64,000 nucleotides of DNA from Capsulimonadaceae bacterium (GTDB taxonomy: Bacteria; Armatimonadota; Armatimonadia; Armatimonadales; Capsulimonadaceae). Below, in pieces: positions 42,668 to 51,214 of this stretch. The stretch spans positions 4,736,001-4,800,000 of the forward strand of contig OZ244065.1 in assembly GCA_965215505.1 (NCBI GenBank), in the 5' to 3' direction. Below the pieces are notes generated by a model that did not search any database, was not told where the DNA came from, and saw only the letters and a list, made by a program, of their open reading frames with translations. The number at the start of each line of letters is the position of its first letter. The first letter of the stretch is position 1. The position numbers were made by a program, and so were the translations under genes.

Positions 42668-42767
42668 CTGACGGCAAGGCTTTGTCAGCGGCCTGACGGC
42701 AAGGCTTTGTCAGCGGCCTGACGGCAAGGCTTTGTCAGCGGCCTGACGGCAAGGCTTTGTCAGCGGC
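42668..42767. repeat. perfect 25-bp tandem repeat x4 (CTGACGGCAAGGCTTTGTCAGCGGC)
   Basis: Four exact copies abutting attC I. Confidence 0.95.
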
Positions 42768-42863
42768 CTAACGGGGGTGCTCACCGGCGACACCTGACTG
42801 CACAGCCAACCGACCTCGCAGAGACAAGGGACAGGTGGCGTCCGGTGCAGCGCCTTGTTGGGC
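42766..42863 (-). repeat. attC site I
   Basis: + strand GCCTAAC...GCTCACC...GGTGCAGC...GTTGGGC. Confidence 0.92.
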
Positions 42864-42909
42864 CGTCTGGCTGTTAAGGTATTGTCCCAAGTCTCACGCG
42901 ATGCAACCG

Positions 42910-43266
42910 CTAATGCCTACCAACCAGTATCAATAATTTCTTCAAGCCAAGTCCTAACACGGCTATCGGCAGAATTGTAACCATCAGAACCATTACATCC
43001 CGTAAGCCCCGCGAGAAGGCAGGTAGCTTATGCAAAAACAATAGACAAAGAATACCCGGCAGCACAAAAACCATAGGAAATACGATGAGGTCAGCGACAT
43101 AAGGGATACCCGTTAGTCTTACCAAATGCTTGAGCGGAAAAAGACACCAAATTGTCAGGAAAAGTGACGGAAGAATCATGGCATAACCAAGAGTATACTG
43201 ACGTATATTTTGTTGGGTTGCTGGCAAATTGTGTTTTTTAAGTTGTGACTCTGCGGTAGGGTTCAT
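42910..43266 (-). CDS. cassette ORF: three-TM membrane protein
   Basis: 118-aa AT-rich hydrophobic ORF. Confidence 0.7.
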   Translation of the reverse strand: MNPTAESQLKKHNLPATQQNIRQYTLGYAMILPSLFLTIWCLFPLKHLVRLTGIPYVADLIVFPMVFVLPGILCLLFLHKLPAFSRGLRDVMVLMVTILPIAVLGLGLKKLLILVGRH

Positions 43267-43306
43267 GTCAATTATTCCGATATCGTTTCAAGTTAGCGGT
43301 GACACC

Positions 43307-43534
43307 CTATCTTTGGCCCCCAAGCAAATAGTAGGCGGCATAAGCGACGGGCAATGTCCCCAACAAAATCAATCCAACAGTTGTAAATCGCTTTTGAACT
43401 TCTTTGGCGCGGGTTATTGAATCGCCTGATTGTCCTGCTTTGAGTGTGATAAGAAATACTCGCACGATGAGTACCACGCCAAGTAACATCCACAAGCCAA
43501 AGGGAATAAAAAATGCCTGTTGATGCTGATTCAT
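43307..43534 (-). CDS. cassette ORF: two-TM small membrane protein
   Basis: AAGGAG RBS; MNQHQQAFFIPFGLW... Confidence 0.7.
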   Translation of the reverse strand: MNQHQQAFFIPFGLWMLLGVVLIVRVFLITLKAGQSGDSITRAKEVQKRFTTVGLILLGTLPVAYAAYYLLGGQR

Positions 43535-43575
43535 CTTGTTCTCTCCTTTCGTCCCTGCACTGCCTTCGTCCAGCG

Positions 43576-43674
43576 GCCCAACGGTGGCGCTCACCGGCGG
43601 CACCTGAACTGCAAAGCCAAATGAACTCGCAGAGCCAAGGGACAGGTGGCGTCCGGTGCAGCGCAATGTTAGAC
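43576..43674 (-). repeat. attC site J (array-proximal)
   Basis: + strand GCCCAAC...GCTCACC...GGTGCAGC...GTTAGAC. Confidence 0.92.
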
Positions 43675-43795
43675 CGCTGACCCTCGTTACCAAGTGAATA
43701 AGATTGCGAGACCGTTTTGGGCACATGTTTCTAGGAACAAGCGTGTCTCCCATCGTTGGTATTCATCTAAATCCCGATCGCGACAAGGCCACACC

Positions 43796-44722
43796 ATGTC
43801 CGCCGCCACTCTGCCCGGTCCTCACGCTGCCGCCACATCCCACACCGCCGCCACCGGCCCCCGCACGCCCGCCGGCAAGGCCGTCGCCGCCCGCAATGCC
43901 ACCACCCACGGCCTCTTCGCCCGCGACATCGTCCTGCCCGCCCTCGGCGAAGACCCCGAAGGCTACCGGCAGGTCGCCGACGAACTCGCCGCACAGCTCC
44001 AGCCCGAAAACCTCCTCGAACAGCACTACGTCGAGAAGATCGCCGCCGCCTCCTGGCGTCTGCGCCGCCTCCACCGCTGGCAGGCCCAGCTCTTCGAGGA
44101 CCGCGCGCTCACCGAGGACGAGCGCCTGGACAAGCTCGACAAGGTCCTCCGCCATGAGAGCCGCCTGCATCGGCAAATAGACACAGCGGTAAGGATGCTC
44201 AACCGGGAAGTCCCCGACCTCCACCAGAGCCGCGCCCGACGCCGGGCACTCCTCAACACCCAGAAGTTCGAGGCCGAGTGCCGCGCCGACCTGGAGGCCG
44301 ACCTGGAAGTGACTGTCGAGGCCCGCCGCCTCTTGCAGCCCCTCACCGCCGCGCCCGCCCTCGACACCGCCCTGCTGGACACCGCCCCGACCGCCCAGGA
44401 CGAGGAAGACCGCATCAGCGAAGAAAAACGACAAAACGAACCCCCGCCCTGGCTGGCGGCGCGTCAGGAGGCCGCCGGGCGCGAGCGGGCGCGTCTCCTG
44501 GCGACCCTGGATCACGACATCTCCGAAATCCTCCCCGACGGCCGCCCCGTCTATGTGGACGAAAACACCTGGGCGACCATGCAGCGCCGGCACGAAATGG
44601 GTCGCCCCGAAGAAGCCGCCCGGTACGCCGCCTCCGACCGCGAAGACTTCCTCAAAGACCAGGCCGCCGCCCGCGCCCTCCGCGCCGCCGAAGCCGCCCT
44701 CCCCATGGAGGCCCCCGCGTAG
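43796..44722 (+). CDS. hypothetical protein (TGPRTxxGK...RNA..HGL motif family)
   Basis: TGPRTPAGKAVAARNATTHGL, WRLRR; host-like codon usage; no tyrosine-recombinase motifs seen. Confidence 0.7.
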   Translation: MSAATLPGPHAAATSHTAATGPRTPAGKAVAARNATTHGLFARDIVLPALGEDPEGYRQVADELAAQLQPENLLEQHYVEKIAAASWRLRRLHRWQAQLFEDRALTEDERLDKLDKVLRHESRLHRQIDTAVRMLNREVPDLHQSRARRRALLNTQKFEAECRADLEADLEVTVEARRLLQPLTAAPALDTALLDTAPTAQDEEDRISEEKRQNEPPPWLAARQEAAGRERARLLATLDHDISEILPDGRPVYVDENTWATMQRRHEMGRPEEAARYAASDREDFLKDQAAARALRAAEAALPMEAPA

Positions 44723-44797
44723 GGGCGGGGTCCCCCGCCCTCATCCTATTCTGACTAACTGACGTTAGGCATGGTCCGCTATAGTGCCCACGCCAGT

Positions 44798-45034
44798 CAG
44801 GACGAGTGATCAAAATCACTCGCTCCATTCGGATTTGTCCCAGGGACAAGGGAGCAGGCTTCCAGAGACTGATCGCTGAGTGCGGGGTCTTTGGAGTGCG
44901 GGGTCTTTGGAGGGCGGGGTCTTTGGAGTGCGGGGTCTTTGGAGGGCGGGGTCTTTGGAGTGCGGGGTCTTTGGCCGGTCTTCTGTCCCCTGGACAGGTC
45001 CGGCGGCAGCGAGTGATTTCAATCACTCGTCCTG
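44798..45034. mobile_element. MITE-like element with 27-bp terminal inverted repeats and an internal 16-bp x6 VNTR
   Basis: CAGGACGAGTGATCAAAATCACTCGCT matches the reverse complement of 45008-45034 at 25/27; GAG[T/G]GCGGGGTCTTTG x6 at 44878-44973. Confidence 0.55.
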
Positions 45035-45237
45035 TCTCGTCCTGCCTCCCCTCCCGCCCTCATCCTAATCTGACTAATCTGACCCCCCTCTCCCGCTTGC
45101 AGGGGCAGGGGCGGGGGGTGGGGGTCCCAAAGCCCTGCGAATCGTCGAACTGTGGTAACATGACCGTGCCCGCCGCACACTGCCCGCCGCGCACTGCCCG
45201 CCGCGCACTGCCCGCCGCCGTCAACCGAGGAGAACAA

Positions 45238-46803
45238 ATGGACACCGAAAACCCACTGCCGCGCCTGATCCAGAGAGACGGCCGCCACGCCCTGTTCGTG
45301 GACGACGCCCCGTACCTCATGCTCGGCGCACAGGTCAACAATTCCAGCGCCTGGCCCAGCGAACTGCCCAAAGTCTGGCCCGCGATGGACTTTCTGGGGG
45401 CCAACACCGTCGAGATTCCCCTCTACTGGGAGCAGATGGAACCCGAGCCGGGGCGGTTCGACTTCTCGCTCGTGGACACCCTGCTCGCCCAGGCCCGTGA
45501 ACACGAGATGCGCCTGGTCCTGCTCTGGTTCGGGACCTGGAAGAACGGCAGCGCCCACTACATGCCGGAATGGATGAAACTCCGGCCTGACCTCTACCCC
45601 AACATCGTCGGCGCGGACGGCAAGTTCGTGGACTCGCCTTCGCCGCACGCCCCCGCCACGCTCGAAGCCGACATCAAGGCGTTCACGGCCCTGATGGCAC
45701 ACCTGAAAGCATCCGACCCGCAGCGCACCGTCCTCATGGTGCAGGTGGAGAACGAGCCGGGGGCCTGGGGCAGTGTCCGCGACTTCTCCCCCGCCGCCCA
45801 GCACCTCTTTGACGGGCCGGTGCCTGACACACTCCTCAGCGCGCTCGGCAGAGGGGCGACGGGGGCGAACTGGAGCGCGGCCTTCGGGGAGGACGCCGAC
45901 GAGTTCTTTCACGCCTGGTCGGTCGCCCACTTCATCGGGCAGGTGGCCGCCGCTGGGAAGGCGGTGTACCCGCTGCCGCTGTATGCCAATGCCGCCCTGC
46001 GCGACCCCCTGAAGCCGACCCGCCCGCCGTCCTACGAAAGCGGCGGCCCGACCGACAACGTGCTGGACATCTGGAAGGCCGCCGCCCCCGCCCTGGACCT
46101 GCTGGCCCCCGACATCTACCTCAGCGGCAGCCCCCGCTGCCTGCGCGCCCTCGACCTGTACGCCCGGCCCGACAACGCCCTGTTCGTCCCGGAGATCGGG
46201 CGCTCCCCCGAGTACGCCCGCTACTTCCACGCCGCGCTCGGGCGTGGTGCCATCGGGTTCGCGCCCTTCGGGCTGGACTACACCGGGTACGCCGACGCCC
46301 CCCTGGGCGCGCCCCCGGTCACGGAAGAGACGCTCGCGCCGTTCGCCTTGAACTACCGGGCGATAGGCCCGATGATGCGCGAGATCGCGCGGCTGAATTT
46401 CGAGGGCAGTGTTTATGCCGATGTTGAGCAGGACGACGTGGCGCAGCCGGACGTGCCGCTCCGGACTCTCGCATTGGGCGCGTGGGAGGCGACGGTCGCC
46501 TACGGCCTCCCCTCCTTCGGCGACGGCGTGGTCCCGCGCGGCAACCCCCAGCCCGTCGGGCGCGCTCTCATCGCCCGGCTTGCCGAAGACCAGTTCCTCG
46601 TCACCGGCTTTTTCTGCCGCGTCCGGTTCCGACCTGCCGGTGCGGACGCCGACCGGCCCTGGCAGTACCTCCATGTGGAGGAAGGCCGCTACGAAAACGG
46701 CGTGTTCCGCGCAAGCCGCTTGTGGAACGGCGACCAGACCGATTGGGGCCTCAACTTCGCCTCCGGCCCGCAGGTCCTGCGCGTCTCGCTCTCGCTGCGC
46801 TGA
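45238..46803 (+). CDS. beta-galactosidase-like glycoside hydrolase (GH35/GH42-type) with DUF5597
   Basis: [38 protein letters not shown]. Confidence 0.85.
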   Translation: MDTENPLPRLIQRDGRHALFVDDAPYLMLGAQVNNSSAWPSELPKVWPAMDFLGANTVEIPLYWEQMEPEPGRFDFSLVDTLLAQAREHEMRLVLLWFGTWKNGSAHYMPEWMKLRPDLYPNIVGADGKFVDSPSPHAPATLEADIKAFTALMAHLKASDPQRTVLMVQVENEPGAWGSVRDFSPAAQHLFDGPVPDTLLSALGRGATGANWSAAFGEDADEFFHAWSVAHFIGQVAAAGKAVYPLPLYANAALRDPLKPTRPPSYESGGPTDNVLDIWKAAAPALDLLAPDIYLSGSPRCLRALDLYARPDNALFVPEIGRSPEYARYFHAALGRGAIGFAPFGLDYTGYADAPLGAPPVTEETLAPFALNYRAIGPMMREIARLNFEGSVYADVEQDDVAQPDVPLRTLALGAWEATVAYGLPSFGDGVVPRGNPQPVGRALIARLAEDQFLVTGFFCRVRFRPAGADADRPWQYLHVEEGRYENGVFRASRLWNGDQTDWGLNFASGPQVLRVSLSLR

Positions 46804-46913
46804 CCGCCTGCGGCCAAGAAATGCCCATTCCCAGTGCCGCGAAGCGGTACTTCCCGGCGTCTGCGCCGTATAGCCGTGCCATTTATGGCATGGCCCGCTC
46901 TCGAACACGGTCT

Positions 46914-46964
46914 GCGCTCGCGCATGGTCCGCGCTCGCGCATGGTTCGCGCTCGCGCATGGTCC
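46914..46964. repeat. 17-bp tandem repeat x3
   Basis: GCGCTCGCGCATGGT[C/T]C x3. Confidence 0.85.
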
Positions 46965-47057
46965 GCTCGGACGCGGTTCCCGCCCGCGATCCGCCCGCCC
47001 TTGCTTCTGCCTTGCTCCTGCCCTTGCCAACCGCAAGGCGATATGCTATAATTGCGC

Positions 47058-47843
47058 GTGTCAGTGGCGCGCAAGTCAACATCGGCGGCAACGGCGGGGG
47101 GCAAGTCACCCCTGAAGGGCGATCGTCGGAACATCAACGAATTTCGCCAAAACGAACTCCGGGCCAAAGCCGCCCGCATCGAGGCCGTCATGACCGAAGC
47201 CTACGGCCCGCGCGTCTGGCGCGCGGAGAACCACCTTGACGACGTTTTGGGCGCACTCGTCGCGACCGTCCTGTCCCAGAACACCAGCGACCTGAACTCG
47301 GGCCGCGCCTATGCGTCCCTAAAAATGGCCTTCCCCGGCGGCTGGGACGATGTCCGCACCGCAAGCGTCACGGCTGTGGCCGACGCCATCCGGGCGGGCG
47401 GACTAGCCAACATCAAAGCCCCGCGCATCCAGGCCATCCTGTCGGACGTGTACGAGCGCAGCGGGCGCACCGACCTTGACCACATCCGGGAGTGGGATGA
47501 CGCGACCATTCGGGACTATTTACGCTCCTTCCACGGCGTCGGCGCGAAGACCGCCGCCTGCGTCCTGATGTTCAACCTGGGCCGCCCCGTCCTGCCCGTG
47601 GACACCCATGTCCACCGCGTCTCGCAGCGGCTCGGCCTCATCGGGCCGGCCGCCAACGCCGACCAGGCCCACGACCTGCTGCCGGGGCTGCTCGACGACG
47701 ACCAGATCTACTCGTATCACGTCCATTTTGTTGAACACGGCCGCCGCGTCTGCCATGCCCGGAACCCGGCCTGTGATGCCTGTCCGGTTCGTAGTGAGTG
47801 TGACTATCACAGCGACCGGCTCTGGGCGGACGTGCCTGAATGA
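47058..47843 (+). CDS. nth: endonuclease III-family (HhH-GPD, 4Fe-4S) DNA glycosylase
   Basis: VLSQNT, GVGAKTA, PVDTHVHRV, C-x6-C-x2-C-x5-C. Confidence 0.88.
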   Translation: MSVARKSTSAATAGGKSPLKGDRRNINEFRQNELRAKAARIEAVMTEAYGPRVWRAENHLDDVLGALVATVLSQNTSDLNSGRAYASLKMAFPGGWDDVRTASVTAVADAIRAGGLANIKAPRIQAILSDVYERSGRTDLDHIREWDDATIRDYLRSFHGVGAKTAACVLMFNLGRPVLPVDTHVHRVSQRLGLIGPAANADQAHDLLPGLLDDDQIYSYHVHFVEHGRRVCHARNPACDACPVRSECDYHSDRLWADVPE

Positions 47844-48244
47844 GCGACGCGCGTCTTACCGATGACGGCCTGTGCTTCGGGTGTGGTCCCCATAACGACA
47901 CCGGCCTGAAGCTGACCTTCGCCTGGGAAGGCGACTCCTGCGTCACCTCTTGGACGCCCCGGCCCGAGCATCAGGGCTGGGCCGACCGGGTCCACGGCGG
48001 CCTGCTGGCCCTCGTGCTGGACGAAGTCTTGTCGCGAGCCGCCCTGGAGCGCCACGGCCTGCATTGGGTGACGGCCGAACTGACGATGCGCCTGAAGCGC
48101 CCCGCCCCCGTCGGCCACCCGCTGCGCGCGCGAGCCTCTATCGTCGCCGTCCGCCCGCGCCTGATCGTCTGCGAAGGCGACATCCGGACCGAGGCCGGCC
48201 TGGTCGTAGCCACCGGCGCGGCCAAGCTCATGCGCGCGCCCTGA
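47840..48244 (+). CDS. PaaI-family hotdog thioesterase
   Basis: CFGCG, HQGW...VHGG...LDE. Confidence 0.88.
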   Translation: MSDARLTDDGLCFGCGPHNDTGLKLTFAWEGDSCVTSWTPRPEHQGWADRVHGGLLALVLDEVLSRAALERHGLHWVTAELTMRLKRPAPVGHPLRARASIVAVRPRLIVCEGDIRTEAGLVVATGAAKLMRAP

Positions 48245-48265
48245 ACCCGCTTCTGGAACCAACCG

Positions 48266-48841
48266 ATGCCCGAAAACCCGTATCTAAAGAGTGACAGCGC
48301 GGACCCGGAGGCCGCCGAGACGGCCATCGCCGAAACCCCGCTCGAAGCCGCCACCCGGCACGAGGAGCAGGAGGCGGACATGCTCGTCGCCGACATCGAC
48401 GCCTACGTCGCCGAAACCGACCCGGACTCGCTGCCCGAGGCCGAGCAGGCTCTAAACGACTGGCAGATCCCGACCGACCCGCTCGAAGGCGTGCCCGACA
48501 ATATCGCCCTGAACCCCGACGCCGAGACGGAGCCGCTGGTCGCCGTCCTCGCCGCCGGGAGCGAGATGGAGGCGAACATCGTGCGCGGCCTGCTCGAAGC
48601 CGCCGGCATCCCGGCCACCTTCGACGGCCTGCCCGCCCCCATGCTGGGGAACGTCTTCCAGGCCGGCGAGACCCGCTGGGCCGACATCCTCGTCCCCGCC
48701 CGCCTGGCCGACCAGGCCCGCGCCGCCATCGCCGAGGCCACCGCCTCCGCCCAGGCCGACGACCAGACTCTGACCGACAGCCAGACTTTGACCGACAGCC
48801 AGACTCTGACCGACAGCCAGACTTTGACAGATAATCCGTAA
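48266..48841 (+). CDS. DUF2007-like protein with C-terminal (D[D/S]QTLT)x4 repeat
   Basis: EMEANIVRGLLEAAGI; 18-bp repeats at the 3' end. Confidence 0.7.
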   Translation: MPENPYLKSDSADPEAAETAIAETPLEAATRHEEQEADMLVADIDAYVAETDPDSLPEAEQALNDWQIPTDPLEGVPDNIALNPDAETEPLVAVLAAGSEMEANIVRGLLEAAGIPATFDGLPAPMLGNVFQAGETRWADILVPARLADQARAAIAEATASAQADDQTLTDSQTLTDSQTLTDSQTLTDNP

Positions 48842-48856
48842 CCGAGGTCCATCATC

Positions 48857-50344
48857 ATGCGTAACCCATCGGCAACAACGATCGCCCTTCTCGCCCTGAC
48901 CGGCACGCTGGCGACCGGGGCCATCCTGGCACAGACCGCCACGACCGCACCCGCCGCCCTGGCCCCCGCCGGCCCCATCCAGATCGCGCTGCCGTTCAAC
49001 AAGGCCATCGTCCGCGAGTCCGTCCCGATCCGCCTGCGCGAGTTCCCCAAAGGCGGCTACGTCTCCATCAGCATTGATGGCCGGTTCGTCACCGCCCAGG
49101 CCCTCCCCGACAACCCGCGCGAACCCGTCTACATCTGGGACACCAAGGCCCCGTATGCCCCGACCGACTCGCCCGACACGCTCCGCACCTACAATGACGG
49201 CCCGCACGCCCTCACCCTGGCCGTCTATGAGGGCCTGCGCGGGAGCCGCCTCATCGGCCAGGACACCGTCTCCGTCCAGCTCGCCAACAAGATCAACCTG
49301 CCCTCCGGCCAGGGCATCACCATGACCTACCCCTGGAAGACCAGCCGCGACCTGCGCTACCAGCGGCGCACCGACCTGACCGCCGCCGCGACCGATGCCG
49401 CCCCCACCACCGCGCCGCCGCCCATCCAGGAGTCGCGCCTGCGCTTCACCCGCAGCGTCGAGAACGCCGAAGGCGGCGAGTATCTCATCCGCGATGAGAT
49501 CATCCCCGTGGACCACGCCGCGCGGCCCAAGCCGTTCGTCTCCTACGTCTCCACGCGCGGCAGCGTCGCCCCGCTCGGCACGGTCCGCGCCCTGTACCGC
49601 ACCGTGGACGCGCGCGGGCGCGTCCTGTCCGACCTGCCCTCCCAGAACCGGGGCGACGCCGTCGGCTTCTCCATCCCCGTGCTGCCCCCGCGCCGCGTCT
49701 CCGTCGGCGCGCACTGGGAAACCCCGGTCAAGCTCACCCTGGACTGGACCTCGCCCACGCCCGCGTCCGTGACGGCCACCAGCACGCTCGAAGACTTCGA
49801 GTGGCAGGACCGCTACCCGACCGCCAAGATCCGCGAAACCTATGTCGGCCCCGCCCTCTTCCGGCCCGCCCCCGGCTCGCCCCTGCCGCCGCTCGCGGCC
49901 CAAGACATCAAGTTCGAGCGCGTCATCTACTTCGCCTACAATGCCGGCCGGGTCGTCCGCACGCAGACGACACTGTCCGTGACCACGACCACGCCGGGCC
50001 TCCTCTCGGGCGGCGGGGGCTTCGGCGGGGGCTTCCCCGGCGGCGGCTACCCCGGTGCGGGTGGCGGCGGATTCCCCGGCGCAGGCGGTTTCCCCGGCGG
50101 CGGCTACCCTGGGGCCGGCGGCGGCTTCGGCGGTGCCGCCAATGAAGAAGGGCGGCCACAAGGCGGCTTCGGCGGCGGCTACCCTGGGGCCGGCGGCGGG
50201 GGCTTCCCCGGCGGCGGGGGCTTCCCCGGCGGCGGCGGCTATCCCGGCGCGGGCGGCGGCTTCGGCGGCGGGTTCACCGGCGGCGCGGGCAATCCCAATT
50301 CGCCCACCAAGCTCGTCTACACCGAAACCACCGTGATCATCTAG
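48857..50344 (+). CDS. secreted hypothetical protein with a Gly-rich (GGGYPG/GGFPG) insertion
   Basis: Signal peptide; host-like codon usage. Confidence 0.7.
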   Translation: MRNPSATTIALLALTGTLATGAILAQTATTAPAALAPAGPIQIALPFNKAIVRESVPIRLREFPKGGYVSISIDGRFVTAQALPDNPREPVYIWDTKAPYAPTDSPDTLRTYNDGPHALTLAVYEGLRGSRLIGQDTVSVQLANKINLPSGQGITMTYPWKTSRDLRYQRRTDLTAAATDAAPTTAPPPIQESRLRFTRSVENAEGGEYLIRDEIIPVDHAARPKPFVSYVSTRGSVAPLGTVRALYRTVDARGRVLSDLPSQNRGDAVGFSIPVLPPRRVSVGAHWETPVKLTLDWTSPTPASVTATSTLEDFEWQDRYPTAKIRETYVGPALFRPAPGSPLPPLAAQDIKFERVIYFAYNAGRVVRTQTTLSVTTTTPGLLSGGGGFGGGFPGGGYPGAGGGGFPGAGGFPGGGYPGAGGGFGGAANEEGRPQGGFGGGYPGAGGGGFPGGGGFPGGGGYPGAGGGFGGGFTGGAGNPNSPTKLVYTETTVII

Positions 50345-50410
50345 CGTCATCATCTAGGCAGCGACGGCGGGGCGGGTTTCAACCCCCGCCCCCGACGGCA
50401 TAATTGAACC

Positions 50411-51214
50411 ATGTCCACCAAACTCCAACTCAGCGGCCCGGAACAGGACCCGAAGCGCGACGAAGAACGGAAGGCCGAGCTGACCGAACACCTGGCCGAG
50501 CTGCGGACGCGCCTCATCCGCGCCTGCCTCTACGTCCTCTTCGGCATGGTCGCCGTTTACCTCCTCAGCAGTCAGATCGAGACGACGCTGATGGCCCCGA
50601 TCAACAAGGTCATCAACGCCCGCAAGGTCGTGGACGGGCAGACGCAGCTCCCGCCCTTTGCCTTCCACTCCTTCACCGACGGCTTCTTCCTGACTCTCCA
50701 GATCGCCACCGTGGGCGGCCTGATCGTCGCCCTGCCGTTCGTGATCCTGGAACTCTGGGGCTTCATCGCCCCCGCCCTGACGACGCACGAGAAGAAGGGC
50801 GTCTACTTCATCGCCCCCATGTCCGTCGTCCTGTTCCTCATGGGCCTGTCCTGCGCCTACCTCATCCTGCCCATGGCCGTCCATTGGTTCCTGAGTTACA
50901 TCCCGCCCGGCGCGGTCCTGATGCAGAACCCGCTGACCTACATCGTCTTCGTCGTCAAGCTCCTGCTCGTCTTCGGCCTGCTCTTCGAGCTGCCCGTCGT
51001 CCTCATGTTCCTCGGCAAGATCGGCATCATCAACTCCGCCCTGATGATCCAGTACTGGCGTCAGATCGCCGTCGCCCTCTTCACCCTGGCGATGGTCGTC
51101 GCCCCCTCCAATGACCCCGGCACCATGCTGGCACTCGCCATCCCGCTCACCCTGCTCTTCTTCGCCTCCATCGGCTTGGTCAAACTGGTCGAGCCGAAGG
51201 TCCAGCTAGACTAG
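50411..51214 (+). CDS. tatC: twin-arginine translocase subunit
   Basis: LTEHLAELRTRLI, WGFIAPAL, FELPVV; six TM segments. Confidence 0.95.
   Translation: MSTKLQLSGPEQDPKRDEERKAELTEHLAELRTRLIRACLYVLFGMVAVYLLSSQIETTLMAPINKVINARKVVDGQTQLPPFAFHSFTDGFFLTLQIATVGGLIVALPFVILELWGFIAPALTTHEKKGVYFIAPMSVVLFLMGLSCAYLILPMAVHWFLSYIPPGAVLMQNPLTYIVFVVKLLLVFGLLFELPVVLMFLGKIGIINSALMIQYWRQIAVALFTLAMVVAPSNDPGTMLALAIPLTLLFFASIGLVKLVEPKVQLD

Larger units (their letters stand above)
38850..43674 (-). mobile_element. integron gene-cassette array (10 attC sites, 9 complete cassettes); no integrase in the window (CALIN)
   Basis: Ten 97-100 bp related imperfect palindromes bounded by RYYYAAC/GTTRRRY; short minus-strand, AT-richer ORFs between them; several stop codons fall inside R''. 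Confidence 0.92.

Noticed and set aside
42668-42767. Mini-CRISPR
   Set aside because: Units are head-to-tail with no spacers
43292-43298. Eleventh attC between the two ORFs of the I-J cassette
   Set aside because: Only a GTTAGCG heptamer; no L boxes or partner core site
38850-43674. The ~98-bp repeats as a CRISPR array or REP/BIME cluster
   Set aside because: Repeats are too long and variable, the intervals are gene-sized and contain ORFs, no cas genes are present, and the R/L-box anatomy fits attC
43796-44722. Integron integrase
   Set aside because: Position and orientation fit, but no R...HxxR...Y tyrosine-recombinase motifs are visible
44878-44973. CRISPR array, or a coding N-terminal extension of the glycosidase (ORF 44806-46803)
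   Set aside because: No spacers; the glycosidase has a clear GAGGAG RBS before ATG 45238
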